This document shows positions 36,308-47,200 of a stretch of DNA of 64,000 bases, piece after piece. The notes beneath the pieces were generated by a model. It worked only from the letters and a program-made list of their open reading frames with translations, had not been told where the DNA came from and ran no database searches. A program made the translations under genes and the position numbers. This stretch comes from a virus: the IMG/VR virus record IMGVR_UViG_3300032252_000001, positions 5,459 through 69,458 of that record. The stretch is one strand, 5' to 3'. The first letter of the stretch is position 1. Each line of letters begins with the position of its first letter.

Positions 36308-36811
36308 CTATGGTTCCCGCTCAGATTGCGCTCTGGACTCGCCAGAGAGCGTGAGGTGGTCCATGCGGATTGCTGGTGGACCACTCGTAATCAACGCCAT
36401 GCGCGTACCCGCATGAACCGGCTTCACGCCATGCCATGTGACAGCATCCATCAGGACGGTAAGCCCCGGCACTGGGTTAATGAACTCGTAAGGATCATCC
36501 TCGCTGGTCCCACCAATGCCGAACTCGCCACCTGAATCAGCTACCGACAGGTAGGTCACCGCTGTCGTTGCCTCAGGGTGCCAGTTGACGGACTCGACGT
36601 GCGCGTGCGGATAGCCTCGAACCCAGCCGTTAAGAACTGAACTTTCAGGCGTTATCACGCCAACCCAGTAACGGACCGCTCCACGGCAGTTCTCTGGCAT
36701 CAGCCCTCTGACCCATGAGCGATACGGCTCTGGTGGGGCTTCATCATTGCACCTGTTCACCGCCCATTTTGTGAGCTTGTGCAGGTCGCCTTCGTATGTG
36801 TATGTCTCCAT
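36308..36811 (-). CDS. 2OG-Fe(II) oxygenase superfamily protein
   Basis: PHAH, TYL...GGEF, WHGVKPV..GTRMAL. Confidence 0.8.
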   Translation of the reverse strand: METYTYEGDLHKLTKWAVNRCNDEAPPEPYRSWVRGLMPENCRGAVRYWVGVITPESSVLNGWVRGYPHAHVESVNWHPEATTAVTYLSVADSGGEFGIGGTSEDDPYEFINPVPGLTVLMDAVTWHGVKPVHAGTRMALITSGPPAIRMDHLTLSGESRAQSEREP

Positions 36812-37674
36812 CAGTACACCAGCACCCCATTTGCAAAGAACCTTGAGTTCTCAAACGTGTACACCGTGTCTGGGTATTCTATCTGCTCAATGCTTTCGAC
36901 CTTGACGAGAGCGCTGTTTATCGTCACAACCGGATCACCAATCTCAAGAACCTTAGCCATGCCAAGGTCTTTGTATTCGATAACAGGGCTGATAGCTGCG
37001 TAACCCTTACCTTCTACATAGATTGGGTGATCGTCAGACATCCTCAAAATGCGATCATCGGAGAACCGTACTTCATACATGGCGCGGCGCTCACGAGTAA
37101 GCACTTCTGTTACAGGCTCAATGCCATTCTCAACCCGAATTAGGTCACCTTCCATGATATTGCCAATAGCCATTTGCTTACCATCAGCCATTGTAATGAG
37201 CGTATCGGGCGTGAAACAGCAGAGAGGACAGGGACCGCCACCACCAGTGTACTCAGCGGTCCACGTGGCAGAGCTTGTGGTATCGAGTGTGTTGCCGCCC
37301 GACGCTGCGTCGTAGAACGTGAAGTAACTGTTGTTGGTTCTGAAGTCCAGCACGGTCGTCGCCGTGAAGTAGAAGTTCTGAATGGCATTAAGCTGATAGC
37401 GGGTGCCTGCGGTCTTACCTACGAAGGAGGTGCCAGAATTCAGGGTGTAAGCCACCCAGACCTCGGAAGAACTGCCTGAAGTAAGCCATGTGTTGACAGC
37501 TGATCCTACCCCACCACCAGCAGTGTATTCGTACTCTGCACCGTTGGTGTGGAACCGTATGCCAACGTAGACTGGGGATGTTCCTGCCGAGTTGTAGTCG
37601 CCGTTAGCAAGTGCCGACACTGTTGGACCCCCATCTTTGGCTGCTGACCCATGCGCGAATGCACTAACACTCAT
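36811..37674 (-). CDS. tail-tip/adhesin-like protein with C-terminal Hint domain
   Basis: CFTPDTLITMADG (block A), SDDHPIY (block B), VYTF...FFANGVLVY* terminus. Confidence 0.85.
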   Translation of the reverse strand: MSVSAFAHGSAAKDGGPTVSALANGDYNSAGTSPVYVGIRFHTNGAEYEYTAGGGVGSAVNTWLTSGSSSEVWVAYTLNSGTSFVGKTAGTRYQLNAIQNFYFTATTVLDFRTNNSYFTFYDAASGGNTLDTTSSATWTAEYTGGGGPCPLCCFTPDTLITMADGKQMAIGNIMEGDLIRVENGIEPVTEVLTRERRAMYEVRFSDDRILRMSDDHPIYVEGKGYAAISPVIEYKDLGMAKVLEIGDPVVTINSALVKVESIEQIEYPDTVYTFENSRFFANGVLVY

Positions 37675-40346
37675 GAGATACCACTTCCCCAGATATAGTA
37701 CACGGTCGAGCTTGAGCGCAGAATCGTTGCCACGCCTCCGGTTGTCAGCGTCCGATTAGTTGATGCCCCACCAACCAATGACCCAGTTCCACTCAACCAG
37801 TACAGGGTACGAGAGTTGGTTGAGGCATTGATCGTGATGGCATTCGACCCACCATTGATCACTGTGGAAACTGCGTCATCTTGAAACTGTGTTGTGACTG
37901 ACGGTAAGTACAAGATCAAGGCAGAGCTGCTTGTCTTTACAAGCGCAGAACCACAATGCTCATCGTTAAGAGTCTGGTTAGACGAGAAGGCTATAACCTT
38001 CAGATCGTTGAACCCGACATCCCGAATAGAGCCTTGGTTGTCGTACAGGTAGGCTCCTGACGTAACGCCTGCGGCTTCATGCTGCTGAGTCCCAAACTCA
38101 AGACCGTTGTTGTGATACAGGCCAACACCAGCATTCGCCGTAGCGAGTAGTGCAGTGTCTGCTCCAGCAGTAACACTCAGCTCAAGGTTGGTGTCGGCGC
38201 GAAGCTCGGTGGTCGAGTCAGGGTCAGCTGTTAGGATCGTGCGAACCGTGCCACCAGCATCCTCTGCTTCTATAGCAATGACTGCACCATGACTCAAGCT
38301 ACGCCAGTACGGTCCACCAGTATCCCAGCCAAAACGAGCAACTAATGATCCTACTGAGGACGTGTAAATGTCGAGATTGGTAGACGTGCCGCCGCCATCT
38401 ATGCGGATACCGCCAGTGATATCCTGAGCATTTGCCAAAATGCCAGTGTGCGTGTGTCCGGGGTTAGCACCACTGGTTACGTTTGCACCTGTGACAGTCG
38501 TAGCAGCCATCGTGCCAGTGACAGTAACGCCTGTTGTGGATGTTTGCAGTTTTGTGTTTACACCGTGAAGCCCAGCGTAGTTGAGTGCAACAGGCCCAAC
38601 TACGTTACTGACGTAGACCGCACCACGACTACCCAAAACTCCGTACCCACCAAAGTAGGCATCGTCTGTTCCCGGTGTGGTGTTGGGGCCAAGACCAGTA
38701 GCCTCGAAGTTGTCGGCAGTCATGTCCCCGGTGGCAGTGGCGTTACCAGTGACATCTATACCAGCAGAGAAATCTGTGTTGTATGGGAAAACGACACCCG
38801 TAATAGTATCGTTGCCAGCGTTTGTGTTGATAGTGAGCGCATGAGCGCCAGTGTTGTTCAGTCGCAGAGAGAACGCGCCACCATCCGCGCCCCACCACCA
38901 TACAGGTGTTCCAGTGACTCCAGTTTCCTCAAACTTCCAGAAAGGTGCCGCAGACGATATTTCAGCCTGAGTACCACCGAACGTCAATGCGCCAGTGCCT
39001 TCCAGTGCTGAAGTCCCTGTCCAGACAGCGATCTGATCGTTAGCCCCTGTGCCAGTTACTGTGCCAGTGTTCGATGTCAGCGTAGATACGTCTTTGCCAT
39101 CAACAAGCCCGGTGGTAACGATGTTCATCGCACCGAGTTGCAGGTTGGTGTACCCAGTGATGTCGATGTCAACTGCGCCAGTGCCAGTGATATTCAGGTC
39201 ATTTGCATCGTGGTCGATAGTAACGTAACTGGTGTCCAGCGAGTCTCTTATTCTTAGCGCCACACCATCACGAATATCAAATAACGAAGTTGTGCTATTA
39301 CCACTAAACTCGACAACGTGTGTGTTCGCCGCCGCACCACCACCAGATTCGGTATCCGTGTTCTCGATAGTGAAGCGCATTGTCGCGGCAGCTTCATCGT
39401 TCTGGTAATACATATCGTAAGCAGCATCGCCCACACCAAAACGGACTTCTTCATTTGTAACGCCAGTTCGACTGACTCGCAAAGGCGAAGCATTTGAGTT
39501 TGTGTCAATGTTGACTTGACCATCAAAACGCCAAGCACCAGTAATAGTCTCGGTTGCATTCTTCTTTACAGAGTTTGTATCAATGTCATCCAATGTAATG
39601 GTACGGGTGCTTACAACCCCGTTCGCATCAGTGACATGTCCCAGCGTGTCTGTTGTAACATTGATATCAATGTCAGACACAACAGTGGCACCGGTAAGAG
39701 GACCGGTATCTACAGTAAAATCGTCACCGGGATGAGAGGGGTGTGAGTAAGTGCCAGTGGGAGTTGTGTAAGTACCAGCCGCGTTGAGGAACGAGGTGGC
39801 TGATCCAGCAGCCGTTAGAGCAACGGCGTTGAAATCTGTAGCCGTTACGTTGTCAAAATCAGCATCAACCGTACCGGCGTTGATCGCCGTCAGGCCGGTG
39901 ATGTTCATATCGACCGTACCACCAAGACCAGCCAAGTTGATGTCAGTGTCATTGTGCAGCATTGAGAAGTAGGCCGTGCCACCAGAGCCGTATATCCGAA
40001 CGATGCCGCCAGTGGTGCCAGTGGCGTAGATCGTCTTAACGTCGAGTCTGCCCTCACCCATGTCGATGTTTCTGTCGTTGGTGTCGAGCGTGGTGCCATC
40101 AAATGTCAGGTTGGCAGAGCCTTCGATGCTGTCAGCCGTAGCCGCGCCTACCGCGATCTGGTTGTCGGTTATCGAACCGCCGATGGTGCCAGCGCCGATC
40201 TCAAAGACCGTACCACCGGAGTCTTTCGAGAAGAGCTTTCGATCAGCTGGGTTAGTGTTGATCGCAAGCTCGCCCTCTGACAGCTCGCCAGCGGCAGGGA
40301 CATTGCTCGCAGTGTTACTGCGCTTCAGTATGAACGTGTTGGCCAC
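37671..40346 (-). CDS. tail fibre protein
   Basis: N-terminal ILKRS...GELAINT module; T/G-rich beta repeats, HTH/HSH motifs. Confidence 0.8.
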   Translation of the reverse strand: MANTFILKRSNTASNVPAAGELSEGELAINTNPADRKLFSKDSGGTVFEIGAGTIGGSITDNQIAVGAATADSIEGSANLTFDGTTLDTNDRNIDMGEGRLDVKTIYATGTTGGIVRIYGSGGTAYFSMLHNDTDINLAGLGGTVDMNITGLTAINAGTVDADFDNVTATDFNAVALTAAGSATSFLNAAGTYTTPTGTYSHPSHPGDDFTVDTGPLTGATVVSDIDINVTTDTLGHVTDANGVVSTRTITLDDIDTNSVKKNATETITGAWRFDGQVNIDTNSNASPLRVSRTGVTNEEVRFGVGDAAYDMYYQNDEAAATMRFTIENTDTESGGGAAANTHVVEFSGNSTTSLFDIRDGVALRIRDSLDTSYVTIDHDANDLNITGTGAVDIDITGYTNLQLGAMNIVTTGLVDGKDVSTLTSNTGTVTGTGANDQIAVWTGTSALEGTGALTFGGTQAEISSAAPFWKFEETGVTGTPVWWWGADGGAFSLRLNNTGAHALTINTNAGNDTITGVVFPYNTDFSAGIDVTGNATATGDMTADNFEATGLGPNTTPGTDDAYFGGYGVLGSRGAVYVSNVVGPVALNYAGLHGVNTKLQTSTTGVTVTGTMAATTVTGANVTSGANPGHTHTGILANAQDITGGIRIDGGGTSTNLDIYTSSVGSLVARFGWDTGGPYWRSLSHGAVIAIEAEDAGGTVRTILTADPDSTTELRADTNLELSVTAGADTALLATANAGVGLYHNNGLEFGTQQHEAAGVTSGAYLYDNQGSIRDVGFNDLKVIAFSSNQTLNDEHCGSALVKTSSSALILYLPSVTTQFQDDAVSTVINGGSNAITINASTNSRTLYWLSGTGSLVGGASTNRTLTTGGVATILRSSSTVYYIWGSGIS

Positions 40347-40355
40347 AGGCTCTCC

Positions 40356-42368
40356 TTAGAACGTGCCACCATCGAAGGTCGTGTTGTGCAACTTCAGCGG
40401 AGTGACAATGCGCAGGTCGTCAGTCGCGTTGTCGGTCTCAGTCTGCGTTGCCAGCTCAGCATAACCTGCTGCGGACTCAGATGCTTGGCCAATGTTGTTC
40501 TGCACGATGGTCCACTGGCTGACGTTATTCAGTACACCGTCAGCTTCAGCGATCAGGACATCACCGACTTCCAGTACCGCTGAACCCGTGGTCCAGTTGT
40601 ACGTGCCTGCGACCGTGACCGTGTAGGTATCACCCTTTGCGGAAGTGATCGAGTCGAGATCAGGGTTACCTGCGCCTGCGCTCGCAGTCGGGTCGAAGCC
40701 ACCCTTGTAGACAAGACCACCAGTGACTGCCGCGTCAACATACGCCTTGACAGACTGCTGCGTAGGCACATGAATATCAGAGTCAGACGACAGGGTGTCT
40801 TCATCTAGTACCCAGTTCCAGCCAGTAAAGCCAGCCGGTGGCGTATCGTTTTCGCTGACGTATTCGGCTGTCGTATTGTCGAACAGGCCAACATTGAACG
40901 AACTGATTAGCGCCTTACTCGACGTGCCTGCGTCATCAAACGCCAGCCAGTCAGCGCCAGTCGCTGTGGTCACTCCCAGCTCATCAAGGGCCAGAGACAA
41001 CGTGATGTTGCCGCTGGAGCCAGCATCAGCACCATCGATACCCGTGCCGGTGGTGATCGTCTGGTTCGCTTCCCAGCCGAGGTTGTTATTCATCGTGCCG
41101 AGGTCGATCTCACTCGCGGCCTTGCGGCTCTCAGTGGTGCCGTCCTGCAAAATGAACTCGGTGCCAGCTGCAATCGCAGTGGTCTTGTCGGTGAGTTCGC
41201 TGAAGTCGAAGTCCAGCACAACAGCTGAGGATGTGCCGCTATTGACCAGACCAGTGCCAGCCGTGACCGAGGTCACTGTGCCAGCCGTACCCTGACTGAA
41301 CCACTGCACCTCTATCGACAGGCGATCAGCTGCTGTTGGAACAGTGCCAGCGAATAGCGGATTGACAGGCACAGTCCAGTAGCCGGTGTTATCGACTACC
41401 GTGTCATCCACCTGAGCAATCATGTAGTCGGCAGGATCATCGATGCTCTTGATGACAATGATGTCGTTGACGGCAAGGTTGCTGAGAATCCAAGCAAAGT
41501 CGTTGCCGTTCTCTTCCACGTCATCGATATACAGATTGGTAACACTGGCTGGAGTCGCATTGTTATAGCGAATCTCACCCGGACCCGGATCACCTGCTGT
41601 TATGGTTGAGTTGAATGCGAAGGTCGCAATCGTACCGAACAGGTCATTGTCGAAATGACGCAGCTCGATTTCGCTGGCTGCTTTGCGACTTTCAGTCGCG
41701 CCATCCTGAAGAATCAGCTCAGTAGTGCCGCTGATTGCTCCAGTCATGTCCGTCAGCTCAGAGAAGTCCAGCGCAATGTCTGGGTCCGCTGCCGTACCAT
41801 TGTTAATGATGCCAACGCCAGCCGTAAGACTGTCTACCTTTACCAAGTCATCATTGAAGATCGACAGGGCAATGGAGCTGGCGACCTGTTTCTTCGGCGC
41901 ATCATCAGTTGCGTCGTTGAAGACGAACTGGTCAGCAGCTACAGGTGCTACGTTGGTGAGTTCGACAGGAGCGAAGTCGATAGTAATGTTACCGGTCGAT
42001 CCGGCATCGGCACCGTCAATACCAAGACCGGTGGTAATGGTCTGGTTAGCTTCCCAGCCGCTATCGTTATTGAATATGCTCAGCGGCGTGGCGCTAAATA
42101 GCACGCGCTTGCCTTGGCTGTCAGAGACATCCTCAAAGACCATGTAGTCAGCGGTGACAGGAGTGGCACCTGCAAGGCCAGCAGTCGGTTCAGCCGGTGA
42201 ACCATTAAGGTTGCGAATGAGCTTGAATACGGTCGGACCAGTCGTGCCGACCCATAGCTCATTGAGACCACTGGGAGAGCCTACCTCCGAGTTAGCGAGT
42301 TCACCTTGCAAGAGCGAAGTCGGCTCATTTGTTGAAGCGGATCGTTTGATCCTGATTGTGTTCGCCAT
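40356..42368 (-). CDS. tail fibre protein with internal repeats
   Basis: IRIKRS...GELAN start; duplicated WEANQTITTG and DFSELTD segments; PTQQSVKAYVD, IVTPLKL; ends DGGTF. Confidence 0.8.
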   Translation of the reverse strand: MANTIRIKRSASTNEPTSLLQGELANSEVGSPSGLNELWVGTTGPTVFKLIRNLNGSPAEPTAGLAGATPVTADYMVFEDVSDSQGKRVLFSATPLSIFNNDSGWEANQTITTGLGIDGADAGSTGNITIDFAPVELTNVAPVAADQFVFNDATDDAPKKQVASSIALSIFNDDLVKVDSLTAGVGIINNGTAADPDIALDFSELTDMTGAISGTTELILQDGATESRKAASEIELRHFDNDLFGTIATFAFNSTITAGDPGPGEIRYNNATPASVTNLYIDDVEENGNDFAWILSNLAVNDIIVIKSIDDPADYMIAQVDDTVVDNTGYWTVPVNPLFAGTVPTAADRLSIEVQWFSQGTAGTVTSVTAGTGLVNSGTSSAVVLDFDFSELTDKTTAIAAGTEFILQDGTTESRKAASEIDLGTMNNNLGWEANQTITTGTGIDGADAGSSGNITLSLALDELGVTTATGADWLAFDDAGTSSKALISSFNVGLFDNTTAEYVSENDTPPAGFTGWNWVLDEDTLSSDSDIHVPTQQSVKAYVDAAVTGGLVYKGGFDPTASAGAGNPDLDSITSAKGDTYTVTVAGTYNWTTGSAVLEVGDVLIAEADGVLNNVSQWTIVQNNIGQASESAAGYAELATQTETDNATDDLRIVTPLKLHNTTFDGGTF

Positions 42369-42383
42369 AGTAGGTTCCTACCT

Positions 42384-44243
42384 CTAAAAATTTCCTGCGT
42401 CTGTAATCACGCTAACATTAAGTTTTTTCAGGTCACCAACCGAATCGTCATGAACAGCAAGATCATCAGCAGGGTCGCATTCTGTACCAATGTCTATTCG
42501 ATTTGTAATCGAGGTCACATCCATAGTCAAAGACTGCCCACCTGTTACCTCTCCAAGATGTGTTGTTGGATCAACACCATTGATGTCTACGTTGGTGCTA
42601 GTGACATTGAAGTCATTGGCAACAACATCAACGATAGTGCCGTCGATCTTGGTAGAGTAACCCGGATCGCCAACAATTAGGGCTTCGTACTCTGCCTCAT
42701 ACGCAGGGTTCGAGGCGTTCTTTGTGTACTCAGCAATAACCGGATAACCAGATGGCACGCTTTGCGTCGTGTAGTAGACGTAAATGCTATTGCCATCGCC
42801 TGAGATGTGCATCGCGTTCCACCATGAAGACAAACCGGTGTCACCCAAAACAGACCTGCTGCCACCTGTGTTCCATGTAATCGTTGACACATCAAATGCG
42901 GTGCCAAATGTGCCCATCCACAGAAGCGAATTCTGGGAGACAATAATTGTCAGACCGTCCTCAGAAATCTGAATATCATCGATATATCCAGCTGGTGCGT
43001 TCGGTGCTGCTGATACTCCGGTCAGCCACTGAAGGCTGTGGAACGCATACGTGGAAAGATCGTATGGAGTTGACAGCGTGTGCATGACGATAGCGTCGTC
43101 ACTACCGCTTCGCTCACTCGACGTGGCAAAGTACGTGCCATCTGCTGACATCCACCCAGACTTGTTCACGGCATTCGGATACCCAAGGTTAGCGCCGCTA
43201 ACAGACGATGTAGCGCCAGCCGGAGTGCCGTTGATGATATACGGAGACGGCGTAGCGTACATGTAAAAGGTTTGAGCAGTAGAGGCATAGGTAAAATACT
43301 TGTTGCCGCTATCTGCCCACTTGATGCAAGTCCATGGGTTAGTGATGGAGTGTGCTGTTCCATCCTGAGTGCCATTCTCAAAGTCGAATGGTGAGTCAAG
43401 AGTGAATGACTGTATTTCGTCAGTTCCGGTATAGCACCCGATGAAGTGCAAACCATCAGGGGAAACATCAAAGCGCTGCCAAAAAGCCGTGTTCGACTGA
43501 TGTATTCCAGTAGCTACCATGTTGGCGCGAGTCGCAACGATGGCGTTATAAGACCAATCGGTATTGATGTCAGCGCCCCAATCAGTAGCAATGCCTGTGC
43601 CGCCAGCGGCGACCGTCAGCATCTCTACCGGCGTGAACGATAAGTCATACCAGTTGATGCCTATATCGTTTCCAAGCTGTATGTGTGAGCTTGGAATCCA
43701 CTGGAAATCAGGTCCGGTCGGTCGCCACTCAGTACCGTTATTATTGAAAAGCAGGTCATGCTGAGTTTGCGCGGCAATATTCGTGTCAGTCAGATCGAAC
43801 AGCGTTGTGCTACCGCTACTGGGTGGATCGCCAGCTACCCAGCGTAGCGTTGCAGCATTCCATAGCAGTGATTGACCATCGGTCGGAAAAGCGTTGACAT
43901 CAGTGAGATCATTGAGATTGGATACGCCAGAGCCGCCACCTCCAATTACACTTACCTCAAATGCCGTGCCATTCCAGATAAGGCCATCACCAATAGCCGG
44001 TGTACCGGTAACGTCATCGAGGCCAAAAATGCTCGTATTGAGATCGGTTATTTCGCTCGATACATGGGTGTGACCTATCTGTGAATAGCGAAGGTCCAGC
44101 TCATTGGTGTCGTAGCTGTATAGGTCAAATTCAGCCTGCTCCAGAGCTTGGAAACGTAACTCCAGCGCAGAGACAAGCTGCCGCATCTCTGCGGCAGAAA
44201 ACATCTCTTGACGAAATGATGGGAATACAACCTTCTGGATCAT
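42384..44243 (-). CDS. tail fibre/spike protein with beta-propeller-like region
   Basis: LNDLTDV repeats, SPDG/SADG/SEDG blades, LSTPYDLST; ends DAGNF. Confidence 0.75.
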   Translation of the reverse strand: MIQKVVFPSFRQEMFSAAEMRQLVSALELRFQALEQAEFDLYSYDTNELDLRYSQIGHTHVSSEITDLNTSIFGLDDVTGTPAIGDGLIWNGTAFEVSVIGGGGSGVSNLNDLTDVNAFPTDGQSLLWNAATLRWVAGDPPSSGSTTLFDLTDTNIAAQTQHDLLFNNNGTEWRPTGPDFQWIPSSHIQLGNDIGINWYDLSFTPVEMLTVAAGGTGIATDWGADINTDWSYNAIVATRANMVATGIHQSNTAFWQRFDVSPDGLHFIGCYTGTDEIQSFTLDSPFDFENGTQDGTAHSITNPWTCIKWADSGNKYFTYASTAQTFYMYATPSPYIINGTPAGATSSVSGANLGYPNAVNKSGWMSADGTYFATSSERSGSDDAIVMHTLSTPYDLSTYAFHSLQWLTGVSAAPNAPAGYIDDIQISEDGLTIIVSQNSLLWMGTFGTAFDVSTITWNTGGSRSVLGDTGLSSWWNAMHISGDGNSIYVYYTTQSVPSGYPVIAEYTKNASNPAYEAEYEALIVGDPGYSTKIDGTIVDVVANDFNVTSTNVDINGVDPTTHLGEVTGGQSLTMDVTSITNRIDIGTECDPADDLAVHDDSVGDLKKLNVSVITDAGNF

Positions 44244-47200
44244 CCTCTTCTACCGTGCGCTCCAGCTCTTCCTCGCCATGTCCCAAAGCGCCACTTGTCA
44301 CCTGTGTCGTTTGATTCCACTCGAATCGCGACCTGTCTGGCGCGAATGCGTGTGCTGATCTTACGTGTGCCGTTGGCAACAGGATATGGACCCTTGACAG
44401 TCTGCGTGGTTGCTTGTGGGTACTTACGACCTTTTAGGTAAACATCTACATCACCCTCAAGCCTCAAAAAGTCCGGTATCAGCTGGTCAATGTGCATCAG
44501 CTCTTCACCAGCATTTGGTATCTCCATGTCGAACGATTCGACATACGATTGCATGGCGGCACCATCGTCATCAGCCCCAGTCTCATGCTGATAAAGGTAG
44601 CCATCCGTGCCTGCTGCGTAAGGCTTCTCAAGAAGCGGAGACCGATCAGCCCATGCTGTTCGAGTCAGGTTGCCAGTTGCCCACGAACCCTCTTCGTAGT
44701 TGTATAGCACGTAGCGATTAACCTCTACCGGGCTGATGTCAAAGTCGGCGGCAGTCAGCACACCGACCGGACCTGCCGCAAAGTTGTAAAAGCGATAAAG
44801 ATCGTTATTCACTCCCGGTGCTTGATGCAGCCCTGCCGTACCAGAAGCGAACTGGACTTGCTCGGTTGCGTCTAAATTGAACTGGAACGCCTGCACACCA
44901 TCCACGTAGGCAGTCAGCGTTGGCGCATCGTACTGCACCGTCAGTACATACTTCTGTCCCGTTACCATGGCAGAGCCGGTCAGGGTGGTGAAGTCCAGCG
45001 TGTTGCTACCCTGATTTGTTGGCGCTGCAACGCCAGCCGATGTTTTCTTCCAGATTTCCACTCGGTTGTCGTTATAGTTCAGCTCGAACATCAGTTGCTG
45101 ACAATCGTCTGCGTCCGTCTCGCCCGTGCCAGTCAGGTCTGTTCTCAGGAAACATAGCCCCGCCCTACCAACGCTTGGTGGGTTAGATGGGTTCACATCA
45201 ATCTCAACGGCATACTCACTCTCAGTGGGCGAGAGGATTGGCTCGTCGTTGATCAGGAAGTAGTCATGCTCGTAGTTGTTGTCGGCAGAGGCAACGCACT
45301 CGGTGAAGCCACCTGATTCAAAAGCGTACGTATACCCAATGTCGCCCGGACCACCACCTCCACCAGTCAGCTCGTATGGGTCATCGATGGTGACCGTGCT
45401 GGCAGTGCCATAGCGACCAGTGGTCGAATTAGTGATACGCACATGATCAACAGTAGCGTCCGTGCCAAACAGACCAGCAGAGCCGCCGAACCTTATTTCT
45501 CGCGTAACTCCGGTCGGGTCTTTGGCTGTCAGGCTGGTTGTCGTGTCGATCAAAGAAACTGTGCCAGCTTGAGGACCGAACCAGACACGCTCGACACCAT
45601 TGCCAGCGCCAGCTGTGTAGTCACCCTCAACGATGACAACGTAATTGACACCTTGAGTGAGCGTGACCACCGGAGTCAGGCCACCTGAATTGGTGAATCC
45701 AGCGCGAAGCCGGTACAGCCCACCTGAGTAATACACACCCATATTAAGCAACTGGAAGTCAGAGTCACCGACTTGCATGACGTACTTCGTGCCAAAGGTG
45801 TGCAGCGTATCCAGACGAAAGATGATCTCGTAGGTCAGGAAACGACCAGTGCCGTCCCAGTCAGGAACGTCAGCAAGTTGAATCGGGAACTCAATGTATT
45901 CAGTTGCTGCCGCTGATCCCAAGTCACCCGAAGAGGTATTCAAGATCGGAGATGTGGTGCTGATCTGAGTAGCGCCATTGAAGGTCGCCGCCGCTGCATA
46001 GCTGGACTCTTCCGTGTACGTGGTCGAGCCATTACTGCCCTCGAAGTCGGCTTGAAAAAGCACATCGTCATACAGGCTCACCGGCAAGGTGGATGAGTTG
46101 GCCAGTTCGTAGCCCGGTGGCAACCCCAGTGAAAAGTCGGTCTGCACCCATGCGTCAGTGTCGTAACTCGGATAGAACCACCACACCTCGTTGAACTCAC
46201 GGTTCAGGCCACCGTATACCTTATCGCGCTGCTGCGGGTTGAGGTTGCTGTAAACAAGGTTCCTGACATCGCACGGCAACACCTTGACGATACCGTCATA
46301 GATGTAAAAGTCAGACTCGGCCATGAATAGCACACGATGATCGATTGGCACTGCGGCATTGGGACCAAGGATCGATACATTCTCGCCCACAATGTTAAGG
46401 CCGAACACGTCAAATCCACCGACGAACGGAAGGGTGTGAACCGAAACGTCGGTGAAGATGACGGTCTCCAGTCGTGACCTTACGCCAGCGACTATCTTGG
46501 AGCCTGAATACAGGCGCAAGTCGCCTGCGGTGTTGGTGCTGGTTGGCACCCAATCGTTAAGGTCTTCAGTGGATGACCAGCGAATCAGCAACGGGTCTTC
46601 CGCATTATTGAAATAATCGTAGGCACCCAACGCAATGATATGTCGATCACGCTGCGAGACGATCATGTACTCGTTGATGGGTGGAGCATCACCACCGAGG
46701 GCAGTGGCGCGATTGGATGTGCCACCTGAACGATCCCACCAGTAAATAGCTCCACCGCGTGGGCAGGCTAGCAGGTCCTCTCCCCATGTATCCAGAGACC
46801 ACGTACGAATGCCAACAACAAAGTTGGACCCGGTTCGAGCGGTGCCGTATGCCTCTGCGCCGTACGGCCCGGAACCGTAGCCTGTCGCCGTTATGGCGCT
46901 GCCTTCGCCGGGACTGATCTGATATTCGGCCAGCACAGACAAGCCGCCACCACCACTGCCATCTGCATTTGCTGTCTGATCATCCACCAGTTGGTAGGTA
47001 TCGTTGGTCAGAACTGCCTGAACCTGATACTCACCATCAATGAGGATGCCGTTTATGGCGATAGCGCCCGAGAAGGTCACGTAGTCGCCGGTCTGCGCCC
47101 CATGGGCTACATCGGTGACTGTGACGATGTTGGACCCGTTTGTCGTGGCAAACGGCGCAGCGAGCGTTACAGTGCGTCTCAGTGGGGTGATATCAAAGAG

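Noticed and set aside
36811-37218. Hint domain as a canonical splicing intein
   Set aside because: No terminal His-Asn, no C-extein and no homing endonuclease.
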